The translations under genes were made by a program, and so were the position numbers. From Syncephalis fuscata S228 (taxonomy: Eukaryota; Fungi; Zoopagomycota), in assembly GCA_025786725.1 (NCBI GenBank), contig JAHLTZ010000023.1, positions 248,001 to 312,000 on the forward strand: DNA of 64,000 bases, read 5' to 3'. Numbering within the stretch: position 1 is the first letter of the stretch; every line of letters starts with the position of its first letter. Below are positions 40,599-52,600 of this stretch, in pieces. The notes beneath the pieces were generated by a model. The model had not been told where the DNA came from. It saw only the letters and a list, made by a program, of their open reading frames with translations, and did not search any database.

Positions 40599-41171
40599 CT
40601 GTTCTCAAATTATTTATAAATTGTTTTATGTTTGTATATTGCAATAATTAATGTTATAAACATTGCAGTGAACGATTAATTACCATTACTACATATTAAT
40701 ACACTATATAGTAACAATACAACCACTATAAAATGTATTTTTTTATCCCTAGTAGCTATAGTTACAGCAAAAACATACTATCTTATTTATGTACCTTAAA
40801 GCATTGATAAAACGTTAGTTTAAATTTTTAAACATAAATTATTGTGTCAATGTTATAACAATATACAGCAGTAGTAAATGGGTGATTTCAACGTCACTAG
40901 CTGCTAACAGTCAATGAAATGTGACTTAAAAGCAATATTAATCATCTATCAGTACATGATTACAAAATTATATATAACTTATAAAAGGGAGGCATTGTGG
41001 AGCCAGCTATATTTTTGAGTGATGGTCATAGCTATTATGGATGGGTGATAATATATATATATATAATTGTTTAACTACAAGCATGTTATGATTTTGCATA
41101 ATGATCATAGTGTTAATATTTTGATGATGATGCTGATTTACATTGCCATTGATTATATGATTGTTTGTATA

Positions 41172-41727
41172 ATAAAGTAAAGCTAGCTGTTTAGTTATTA
41201 AATGACCTTACCTAGCAGTTAATTACCATCAGCTAAATGGATATGTGGTGGCAATATGACCAAACAGAGTTTAACCTCCGATGAATATGATAAATATGCA
41301 ACAACAAAGCATGAGCAACAATGGCAGGTTGTAGCGTTTAAGGCTTAATAAACAAAATAATTTATGTCTATTGCAATTAGAACTAGCAATAAGCAAACAA
41401 TGCATTGGAATAAAGGTGACCAAAATACTGTAAAATAAGATACAGTAAAATAAATAATAAAGAGGATTGAACTATGATTTAATAAATTGCTTATTAATAT
41501 TACTCATCAATCAGCTTCATTTCCAGCAACCCGACTGTCTCATTCAACTCTATGGATGCTATCAAATGCAGCTATTTGGCCATTAAATCATACTAAACTG
41601 TTAATAAAAACATTTGTTTAATAGCATGAAATGTCATATAGATAAAACAGCATTAAAAGGTTATATAGCAGTGATACTTTTATAATAATAGCTGTTTGTT
41701 GACTTTAATAAAATCTAAAAGATGCTG
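41172..41727 (+). repeat. ~555 bp near-identical direct repeat, copy 2
   Basis: Matches 31525-32078. Confidence 0.95.
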
Positions 41728-41934
41728 CTGATTTTCAGCAACTGAATCACTAAATGTTTCATACTGAACCGACACTTATGCATCACAAATCTATCCGCTT
41801 TTGTTGTCTCAGTTCAGTAAATGACTGAAACCGATCATTCTAGCAAAATCCATTATATTTTTCAATAGCGAATACACAAACAAAACGTATTATTGTTGCT
41901 ATTACTTTTTTATTAGTCTTAATTGCGCACCAAT

Positions 41935-43182
41935 ATGCAACCAAACAATAATCAAAATAGCATGTCGCCGATTAACGATGATCCGTCTGCAGCCGACTGG
42001 GTGCATCCTCTTCCACCGCTAAAGCAAGAAGAGGCCGAGTTGTTGACACATCATCCGGAAGGGTATGTGGCACCATCGACAGACAGCAGCAATAGTATCT
42101 TTGAACCAATTCTTGCACCTCCTTCATGGCTACGTTTTAAGCCATCTCACAGTCAGTTAACGGCAGAAGAGATGGAAAAGCTATCGCAGATAGAAAAGGA
42201 AGTGCCAAACATTTGCTCACCAGCAGGTGATCCTATGCACAAAGAAGATGTGGCATTTTGTACCGATCGCTGTATTATACGCTATTTGCGCGCTTGTCGC
42301 TGGGATACTGCACTAGCACTACAAAGACTGTCCAATACATTACAATGGCGTCACGAACGTCGACCGCATGTCATGGACCCGGCCTACATCGAGCCCGAAG
42401 CAGCATCCGGCAAGCTTGTAGTCGATGGATTCGACCATTGTGGCGGCCCTGTTCTCTATATTACACCTAGACTTGAAAACACCAAATCTAGCCAGCGCCA
42501 GGTCGATAATATGATATTTTTTTTAGAACGTGCCATTACCATGATGCCCCCAGGCGTTGAAAAGCTTACGTTTATTGTTGATTTCTCTGAATCATCTGTA
42601 TTCAACTCACCGGCTCCTTGGGTCACCAAATCAATTGTACGCACGCTGGATCAACACTATCCAGAACGACTTCACATGGCTATACTCGTCGGCACACCGT
42701 GGTACTACAACCAGATATTCAAATTGATCTCACCCATAATCGATCCAGTCACTAAGGAAAAAATACGCGTTGTAGAACTGTCGCGCAGCAAACGAAAAGC
42801 ATCAATTGTCGATAAAAATGACACGGGCAATTCAAATAACGCTAGCAATAAAAGCGCAAGCCATAGCACTTGGAAAAGGATGAGCCTACCACTGGGCTTC
42901 CACAGTCGAAAGCATACCCATACCAGTAGTGCCGATGAAACGGGGCGTAAAAATCACGAAGATCATGATGTGGGCAAAAATAATGATCTTGAGATTGAAT
43001 CAGTAATTTGGGAAGTTGTACCACCGGAATTACTACATCGATCAGTGGGCGGGCAGTACCCATTTCGCCATAAGCACGCAATCTATTGGAATCGCTTGCT
43101 TGAAACAACCGTCCATTATAAGCCAGAATTGCCAATTGATGTCGATCCAAACGATATTGCGCCCGTCGGCACTGAGTCATAA
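41935..43182 (+). CDS. CRAL-TRIO/Sec14-like lipid transfer protein (PDR16/SFH3-like), paralog 2
   Basis: TDRCIIRYLRACRWD..TLQWRHERRPH..EAASGKL..FFLERAI..HYPERL..ISPIIDPVTKEKI; collinear with paralog 1 through PELP(V/I)D. Confidence 0.92.
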   Translation: MQPNNNQNSMSPINDDPSAADWVHPLPPLKQEEAELLTHHPEGYVAPSTDSSNSIFEPILAPPSWLRFKPSHSQLTAEEMEKLSQIEKEVPNICSPAGDPMHKEDVAFCTDRCIIRYLRACRWDTALALQRLSNTLQWRHERRPHVMDPAYIEPEAASGKLVVDGFDHCGGPVLYITPRLENTKSSQRQVDNMIFFLERAITMMPPGVEKLTFIVDFSESSVFNSPAPWVTKSIVRTLDQHYPERLHMAILVGTPWYYNQIFKLISPIIDPVTKEKIRVVELSRSKRKASIVDKNDTGNSNNASNKSASHSTWKRMSLPLGFHSRKHTHTSSADETGRKNHEDHDVGKNNDLEIESVIWEVVPPELLHRSVGGQYPFRHKHAIYWNRLLETTVHYKPELPIDVDPNDIAPVGTES

Positions 43183-43621
43183 AACGCATCTTTTAGATCA
43201 TCTTAATAAAGAATCGTTTTATCTATAGTAACAGATGGATAGCTTTTATTGAAAATCCGACCATTAATTGCCCAATTCACATGACCTATCGCGTGAACTG
43301 CATTCCTTTTGTTACCACGTTGTTTCTATTCAAGGCACGTTTGCTGGGCCTCATTTTTGCTTCGATTCAAGAGTAGCTGCTGCAATAATAACAAAGCAAC
43401 AATATATTTGTGCAACCTTGCTCTCACCGCCAACTCTGTACCTCTTTCTATTACTTGTCGTCATTATATCTCTCCCTTTACTTTATTCGCTTCGTTTCTA
43501 TTAGCTTTTGACATTCGCTGTTTTCGCTCAAGTTTGTGCTCTTTACTTTGAATAGCTATCTACAGCTGCGCGTGCATATTGAAAAACTCATATTTAGCAG
43601 TTATCAAATTTTATTTGCCAT

Positions 43622-45493
43622 ATGGAGCCAGCCTCCGAGCTACGTCATTATGGCACAATATCTAGCGTAGCTAGTATTGAGGTGGAGGAATCTGTACCGC
43701 TTGTGGCAACCGGCGACAACACTAGCGATAACAAGGGCAATGTCGTCATTCCAGAACGCCACATGGGATTGTTCAGTGGAGTTACTCTGGTAGGAAAGCG
43801 TACTGTTATGTGACTTGCCATTCATTGTAAATTGTAGATTGTTGGACAGATCATTGGTTCTGGCATCTTTGCATCTCCTGGCCCTGTGGTAAGAGATATG
43901 GCACATCTAGCAAAGTTGTGAATTAATATTGTATTTTAATTGGTGGATTTTAACCTGCTAGCTTGTTGAGACTGGTTCATTGGGCATGTCGCTTGTTACT
44001 TGGCTGGTCGCAGGTGTGGTTTCTATGGCAGGTGCTTATTGTTATGCAGGTAAATGGCAAGCTTTGTTATTGCTGCCACTGCAATTGCTAATTTCAGAGT
44101 AGAGCTTGGCACTATGATCCCAGCCTCAGGGGGAGAATATCAGTATTTGCTACAAGCTTTTGGTCCTTTAGCAGGATTTACCTACTCTTGGACTATGGTG
44201 ATGTTTGGCAACTCTATTGCCATTGCAGCCATTGCACAGGTGTTTTCACTGTACGCCTGCAATATAGCAGTTGGATTTAGCAACGTTGCATCAACTGATC
44301 CACTAACAACAACAGATTGGACGGTTAAAATAGTGGCAGCGGTAACTATTATGCTGGTCGTCTGCGTCAATTGTCTCCAGCGTGGCAGTGGAAATGCAGT
44401 GCAGAACATATTTACTATGGCAAAACTTGGTGCCATTGTACTGATTGTAATGATTGGTGCATATTGGCTAATCACAGGTAATGTCGATGAATTCCGCCAT
44501 CCATTTGAAGGCACTACAGCAAATCCAGCTCAATACGGCACTGCTATTTATTTTGCACTCTTTTCGGTAAGTAGCAGATAATGTGTGCAACATTATATAT
44601 TAACCAATACAACAACCATTATATCATTACAGTATATCGGATGGAATAACTTAAACTATGCTGCTGGAGAATTAAAAAATCCACGTCGAAACTTGCCATT
44701 GGCCATTACAATATCACTCGTTTTAGTCATAGCCTGCTATGTATTGACAAATCTTGCTTATTTTGCCGTTCTTCCTCTTGAAATGATTCGACAATCCAAC
44801 ACAGTAGCAATGGTATGGTGAATTGACAATTTTGATCGATGTATTTACGATTATTATTATTATTATAGGAATTTGGCATGGCGACTATGGGGCCTTTTGG
44901 CAAATATCTTATGGCTGTGATGGTGACCATATCAGCATTTGGTGCTATAAACGGCGGTACAATTGTTGGTAGTCGTGTAGCTGGTAAGTTGATTTATATT
45001 GTAGTTTTGTTTAATAATAACAATAATATATGTTATGCATTTAATATTACTTTTATTAGTTGCTAGTGCCGGTGACAGCTCCATCTTTCCCAAAACATTA
45101 GCACATATCCATGCGACTCGTGGCACTCCTGTGCGCGCACTTTTCTTTGTTGGCACCGTCACTTCATTTTGGGCACTTATTGGTGACTTTGCCAGTCTTG
45201 TAGACATTCTTATGTGTATAATCTGGTTCTGTTACTTTATTACCATTGTTGGCCTACTACGTCTACGAGTACTCTATCCCGATGCACCTCGACCTTTCCG
45301 TGTATGGACACCGTTGGCCGTCATGTTTTGTATTGTTGCAGGCTCACTAGCAATTACACCGCTTTTCAACATGGCCAAAAATGCATGGTTATATAGCTTT
45401 TCATTCCTAGGCTGTATGATGGCAATTCCCATCTACTGGTTCAAGGTACAGCCGCCAAAATGGGCACTATTCCGAACACAGCGAAACTTATAG
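43622..45493 (+). CDS. APC-superfamily L-type amino acid permease (MUP1/LAT-like), multi-exon
   Basis: MGLFSGVTLIVGQIIGSGIFASPG, YAELGTMIPASGGEYQYL, YIGWNNLNYAAGELKNPRRNLP, PDAPRPFRVW. Confidence 0.92.
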
Positions 45494-45821
45494 ATTATCG
45501 TTTTATCGTTTAGCATTTAATATTAACAATGTAGTTATCAGTTATTTTTAATAAATGAACAAATATAAATACTATCAAAGTATTGTTGCTTAATAGCAAT
45601 AATTTTGAGTAAAGTAGTTTATTTTACCAATTGACTGATTATAAATCGTAACTATTGTTTTAATCATCCAAGTATATCAATAAATTGGCTATTATTACTA
45701 CTACTATTATTATTATTATTATAAAAGAAAAATAGCGGTGGAAAAATATCTTTATTTATTACTTGGCCAATTGCCCACTGCTTGTAATAATCGTAAAATA
45801 TTATTTCTGATAAAACCAGCT

Positions 45822-46848
45822 TTACTGCGTCTTCTTTGCCTTAAGGTTAGCCCGACCACGCTTTTGTTTGATATAGGTATCGCGGTAGAACTTGACGAAA
45901 AGAACCAAGTACGATGAGATGAGTAGCACGCCCCATAGCGCTGCAGTCTCGGTACCGGCACAGGTGCCCATATTGGGGAGATATGGCCAGTAGGTAGCGG
46001 CAAAGTAGGTGTAAGCGCAGAAGTAATTACTGCCAAGTCAATGATAAACTGAGTGATTTGCATTGTTGTAAGGTATTTCTTCCACCAAACTCTGATGCCA
46101 CATGATGCGAGGAAATAATAGTAGTACATAAGTACGTGCACTGTAAGATTAAGTGTGATTGGCACCCATGACTATTATTTAGTTAGTATTGGTTATAAAC
46201 AATATGTTTTGATAAGCATTACTTACCACTGCTGTCTTGCCAAGCAATTGAGTATAACAAAGAACCATTGTAAGACTATGATGATAGTAGTGTAGAAATT
46301 CTAAATAGATAATTAGCAAGTGGATGTTCAATTGTATTATACTCACCAAGTGGCTTCTTCTTCAAAACAAGGAAGACGGTATCAATTAGTTCGTAGTATT
46401 TAAAAAGATAGTTGATGTAGTATAATAACTCTAAACGTGTGGTCCAGGCATCGTTTGAGCAAAAAGCCCAGAAAAGACCGTTGCGCATTGTTGAGCCAAG
46501 CAATTGTTCGATAAACAACAATAGCAATATGCCACTGCCGGCGCTTAAAATCACATTATGTATTTTGGATAGAAGCGGGAATGAAATAGGCGCACGGTTT
46601 TTCATAATGTATTGACCGCCAAAGATTACGGTCAAGTAGAGAACACATGTAAACACAACCTCATTGAGCGTTGAGAAGGGAGTGACGCCAACCTCGAAAC
46701 TAAATGTATCTGGATGCTTGCCGAAAATCAGCTTGTAAACAGCAACAAATGCCGCGTCAAGATTGAATCCAAAGGGACGATCTAGCGAAACGGCAAATAG
46801 CGGCTCGGTAGCCGCAGCAATAGTTTCCGGGGCAAGACCGTCAGACAT
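45822..46848 (-). CDS. GNS1/SUR4 (ELO) fatty acid elongase, intron-containing paralog; introns 46346-46301 and 46226-46172; apparent frameshift at ~46027
   Basis: [62 protein letters not shown]; ends KAKKTQ* (ER dilysine-like). Confidence 0.92.
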
Positions 46849-47541
46849 GCTAAAGGACTGCGAATATACGTGTATATAAAGGCAAAGTTGGATTTAAGCG
46901 ATAGATAAAAATCTGGAATAGAAATGAAAGCGGCGCGAGCTGGTGAAAGATCGGCCTTTTTGATTTGAATGGTATGGAGTTCAATTTCGGTAGCTTTAAT
47001 CAACAGTGTCGGTTCTACTTTGCCGAAATCCAATTGGACACATTGCCCTTGTGTGGCGTTATTTAATCGACACGTGGTTGGCCATTACTATAAATACGTG
47101 CCATTACTTTATAATTGTTTAATGCAGTCTCCGCCTCCTGTCTAAGAATAAAAACAATTATCTTATTATTATGTGTATGTGTTTGGCTTATTTATTATGA
47201 TGGATACGTCATAAGCTGATAGCAAATAATCAATACTACTATTATCGATTGACATTCTCTTATCAATCTATTCACTTGTCTGGTGTCCCTCTCTAAATTA
47301 CGCCTTGATTGGTCGGTAAAATAGAAAAGAGCTATTTTACTTTGAGCTCCATAATACTTATTGCCTGTTATCTATTTTTCTTATTACGCGCAGTGCTTTA
47401 CCGATGACATTGTTTTACAAATATGCAAACATTTATTGTTTATCTATTCTTTTATTACACTCATTGCTTTACTGACGACACTGTTCTATAATTATACTTG
47501 CTTTTATGCGATTGATTTTTATTCTTTGTTTTATTCTATTC

Positions 47542-48190
47542 CATACTACTATATATCACATTATATTGTTATATATTCCAATTGCATATAGCTTGCTAAA
47601 TGAATGGAATGAATGAGATGAATGAGATGGAATTTATTAATAGTAGTGCTAGAATTCAAAAAACAACTGCAATAGTCGGTTGTATTTACTAGACAATAAA
47701 ATAATATACGATATAAAAAATATACGGTGTGAAATGACGATTAGTTATGTTGAAATTATTAAGCATATATGCATGATCAATGATCGGAATTAGTCAACAT
47801 TTATTAGCAATAAAACTAGAACAAACATCAAAACAGTTTTGGATAAAGAAGACTATGCGATTATAGAATAATATATAAATGATAAATATCCGTTAAGGAA
47901 GCGTATAAAACAATCTCAAAGTTACAGTGTATTTGTAATAAGTAGGCTGAGTGAAGTGTATTGCTGCATATAATAAATAAAATGTATTTAATATGTTATA
48001 GAATGATATAGTAGTATGTAATAGAATGAAATGATATGAGTAAATGGTATATAACAATATAATGTGATATATAGTAGTATGTAATGCTTAATGTCACTCA
48101 CCACCCATCGTCATGTTCAATAGATTAGATGCTATTCAATGCAATCATTTGACCACCAAACTATTCTAAACTATTAATAAATTGTTAATA
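47542..48190 (-). mobile_element. Truncated second copy of the foldback element: full spacer, ~45 bp of one arm and ~150 bp of the other, inverted relative to 56107-57198
   Basis: Near-identical reverse complement of ~56265-56930. Confidence 0.85.
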
Positions 48191-48199
48191 AAAATAAAA

Positions 48200-48372
48200 G
48201 CATTATTACAACTCCAGAATATGATAGCATAACGTTAACCAAGCAACCGAAGAAGGAGAGGAGATATAAGAAGCAGCTTAGTCAAATATTTAATAATGAT
48301 TCAACAAAGTAATTGTTATCAATATCATGTAACTTCAACATTCAACTATAGCTCGAACCAGCCATTTATTGC
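48200..48372 (+). repeat. Old dispersed repeat family member (GC-richer than the 35.2 kb copy), abutting the foldback copy
   Basis: ccaagcaaccgaagaaggagaggagatataagaagcagcttagtcaaat aligns with the reverse complement of the 35.3 kb and 37.8 kb copies. Confidence 0.65.
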
Positions 48373-48770
48373 GAGTCTTAGCTGTATAATCCTAAAAATA
48401 AGTTGAATAAAATTGAAAAAAAACATATATTTATTATAATTTGGACGATGATATTATGTATTCATAATACTATCGAAGCTCTAATAAGAGCTACATAGCA
48501 TAAAATGTGTGATGAGAGTAAATGTTTACAATAAATGCAATGAAGCTTAAATTAACATTTTGCCCATTTATGTAATTCAATACATGTAACAATAAATATG
48601 CAGCTATATTATTAATTTTTTATATATAAACTAATTATAACTAACTAGAAGCTAAAACATACTTTTAAAAACACTTCAAACTTAATCAAATGTTAATAAA
48701 ACTTGGTTAAACAGTTACTGGAATAGTTTGGCTTAGTATTATTTTTTTATTTTGCACAATCATCCTAATT

Positions 48771-49652
48771 CTACTCGGATTTAGACAACTTTGTAGTCTC
48801 CCGTTTACGAGTACCGCGAATATAAGTATCGCGATACATTTGAACAAAGAGACCAAGATAGATAGTTAGCAAACCAGTAGCGGTCAGGCCACCAACGCTG
48901 GCAAAGCCATCACAGCGACGTGTGTATGGCAAGAAGCTAAAGTGGCGCGATACGTAGTAGTTATACATACAAGTATAGACGACCAACAAATCAACAACAA
49001 ATTGTGAGATTTGCATTGTTGTAATGTATTTCTTCCACCAAACGCGAATGCCACGCGATGCCAAGTAGAAGTAGTAGTACATGACAACGTGCACGCCAAG
49101 ATTAATACTGATTGGGAACCATGAAACGGTAACGCCATAGATGAGCTGGACATAGCAGAGTAGCATGGTCTGGCTATGATGGAAGTAGTGGAGGAATTCA
49201 AGCGGTTTCTTCTTAAATGCCAATAGCAACGTGTCCAATAGTTCGTAGTATTTGAACAAGTAGTTGATATAGTAAAGAAGCTCCATACGCGAGGTCCACG
49301 ATGCACGTTCGCACACTGCCCAGCCGAATCCTTTAGCCAATACCACTGGAATTATTTGCTCAAGAATCAAAGCCAGTAGCAAGCCACTGCCCAAGCTTAG
49401 CGCTAAATTATGTAAGCGTGATAGAAGAGGGAAGGAAATAGGGGCACGATTGCGCATCATAGCTTGAATGCCGAAAATGACGCCCAAGTAGCCGATGCCA
49501 ACGGCAATAACTTCGGTCCATGTTGAAAGCGGCGTCGTTCCAACCTTAAAGCGAAAGTCGTCGGGATGATTGCCAACAACCAGCGCATACACTGGTGCCA
49601 GTGTATCGAATAGGCTAAAGCCTAAAATTGGCTGAATAGTCTCAGTGGCCAT
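48771..49652 (-). CDS. GNS1/SUR4 (ELO) fatty acid elongase, intronless paralog
   Basis: Single 293-aa ORF with KYYELLDT..KKKPLEFLHYFHHSQTM..NLGVHVVMYYYF..WWKKYITTMQISQF. Confidence 0.95.
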   Translation of the reverse strand: MATETIQPILGFSLFDTLAPVYALVVGNHPDDFRFKVGTTPLSTWTEVIAVGIGYLGVIFGIQAMMRNRAPISFPLLSRLHNLALSLGSGLLLALILEQIIPVVLAKGFGWAVCERASWTSRMELLYYINYLFKYYELLDTLLLAFKKKPLEFLHYFHHSQTMLLCYVQLIYGVTVSWFPISINLGVHVVMYYYFYLASRGIRVWWKKYITTMQISQFVVDLLVVYTCMYNYYVSRHFSFLPYTRRCDGFASVGGLTATGLLTIYLGLFVQMYRDTYIRGTRKRETTKLSKSE

Positions 49653-52600
49653 TGTTGAAAGAAGACTACAATAATCGTATGTAATTAAATTTATAGAAAA
49701 TAAAACAATAACACGATGATAATGATGATGATGATGATGATGATATCAGCTAACAACAATAACAACAACAGCAGATAGTACTACTAACTCAAGTTGTCAA
49801 CGAAGAAAAGTGCATCAATACAAAGCACCGATGTTCCTAACTACCATTGCTTATTAAATAGCATGACATCCCATCAGTGTCGTGTTCGTCCGACACGTTT
49901 TTTTCCTTTTCCTTCCGACATTGGGGAATTTGTGCCAATGTTTGATAATAATGTGAGACACTGATTTATCAGAACTACCGTTGGTTGGGGGAAGCAGAAG
50001 TCAAGGAAGGGAGGATTCACCTTATCTATGAAGCACACACACACAATGAGAGAGAGAGAAAGGTAAAGATAGTATCCATTACACACACACAATATCCCCT
50101 TTAGTGCCCATTAGAAAGCCGTATGTGCGTGTGAACGCGCGGTTGGGGCAACTCTTTACGGTCTCAATTCATTCGGCGAAAAAGAATTCCCTTTTGAATG
50201 CGGGCTGAGACGCCGTACTATGGGCGCGTATACATATAGCAGTCTATCGAACGGAAAGAATCTCTCCGGTGTTGGGGATATAGAAAACAAAAAGGTCTGT
50301 TTGAAAATAACAACTGGCTTAAGAAGGCTATAGCCGCCTCTATTCGGGCCGATATTAAGGCACGCGCATTTTTCTTATTTATTGTACTATAAACAAGTGC
50401 TGTAGTTTATTTTGCTAGCGATTGTACTATCATCACGCCTTTATCATTTAATTTTGCTAATTATAAAATATGTATTGTAAATTTTAATGCAAAAACAGCT
50501 GCAATATAATACAAAGAAATGGCTACATATTCAATCAATTGATCCATTAGAAATGTCCATTAAGTACTTCTCCTACGTTTGATGCTTAGCAAATGGGTCG
50601 ATCTACACGATGACCTCCTTATACCGATAGCTAAAAAAGGCCTTGACTATACATTGTGCTAGGTACTGCAATTGGGATTGATATTGCAGCTTGCGAGCTG
50701 CTGCCACTGTTAACGGGAATGCGAAGGTGCATATAAACTGCAGAGTATGGGAATAAATCAAAAGACACTTTCACTAGTTGCATCCACCATCGACTGGTTT
50801 AGTATTGAACACTATGTACAATATATTGTTTATTTTACCTTTCCAAGGCGAGAGAGAAAGAGTAAAAAGTATAAAAAAATAGACTGCTTTTGAAGTAGCT
50901 GCAATTCAAAGCGAAGCACCAAGTAAACTGCAATGCATTCTCGCAGATAGCACTTATTTTATTTGGGCTTAATAAATAGATGTTCTATATACTAAATAAT
51001 TCAAGTGTATCTGTACTCAACTATAAATAAGCAATCGATAATAAAACACCAGCGATATGTTTCAACGCGGCGATCTATGTCTGCCCACACTGCGCTCGAT
51101 TAATGAGCCATAGCAAACTAATAATAGATTCTATTGCATTTGAACCATGCAACGCACTTATCACGCGTGTTACACCCACCCATTTAGTTCACCACTGTAA
51201 AGTTACACCACGACAGAGCGTGTCAAAAATGAATCATTCTCGATACATTTTTCTTTTCACCGATTGGTCGAAACTTTCACGCTGCTCGTTGAATTTGCAG
51301 CGAGTCAGCTGGCCGGCGAGATGACCGCCCACCATATGTTGTGTTACCATTTATATGGGTGACGCGGCCCACAAACAAAGGTCAATAGAAGCTGTCGCAA
51401 TAATAACAGTAACAACAACAACAACAGCAGCAGCAGCAGCCGGTATAACATAATCTGCCATGCTATATTGATAACATCGCCAAGCGTACAAAACGGCAGT
51501 TAAATATTTTTACATTTTGAAAAACGTGTTGGCAAAGCCGTTCCACGGAAGATCCTCGCGCTAATCGTGCTGCATCGTTGCCATGTATGGGATTGGCCGG
51601 GCTGGAGCGGCATTGCACGCCATGAAAAAAAGGCGCAAGCCAAACAGGTCGTCGCCTTTGTTGCGGCTAGTCGAAGGAGAATGTTAGAGCCGAGCAAAGC
51701 GAGGGTCGTACATGGCGTATTATCGCAGCCACTAGTCACGCTTCGACGAACGTTTTGACCAATTTTTCCAATGATCAGCACTCAATATGGACTACCCAAA
51801 ATGGATATTACCTGTTTGAACTATGTTGTGCTCAAAAGAAAGAAAGAGAGAAAGAGAGAGAAAGGAAGCGGCAGTAGCCGTAGTACCAAAGCAATAACAG
51901 GATCAATAGTAATAGGGATAGTAATAGCGGCAATAGTGATGCTATTCAAAGTATTATATTCGTTTAAAAGATTATGGATACTGTAATTTATTTATTAAAT
52001 AAAATAAAACAGATTTTATCCCATAACATATTGTGTCATTCAGTATTTTTATAAAATTTATTTTGTAAAAAAGCAGTATAATTTAATAATTAAATAACTG
52101 CATTTAATAACATTCATGTAAATAAACTAAGCATTCATTTTATTGAACATGACATTAAGTGATACGTAGTGGCACTCGTCAACTCATTATCATTATTATT
52201 TTGTATGGATATATATGCTATTTATCCGTATTATTACCATTTTACACTTGTATTACTAAATGCTATTCTATTGTATACTGACTACATTTATTCATTATGA
52301 GCTCAATGTGCTTCATTCACAAAGTCATACATACTATCGTTTTACCATTGTTACTCATGCCTTATCATTGTATATTTATTCTATATAGTAGAATGAATTT
52401 TAAAGAGCAAATTAGGATGATCTTTTATGCACGTAGCACGTATTACGTTCTATTCATATCTAGGTGAATACACGTATTCGCCGGACCATGGCGCAATTTC
52501 TATAGTGTTTCTGTGCCTTTCGTATTTTTCGAATAAAATACTGAAAAAGGAAAGCATTTTGTGATATTCGGAGGATTTACTGTCCGATGCATTAAAAATA

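Noticed and set aside
31525-41727. The direct repeats as LTRs of a retrotransposon
   Set aside because: No TG..CA termini, PBS/PPT, target-site duplication or gag/pol between them; the interior holds cellular genes
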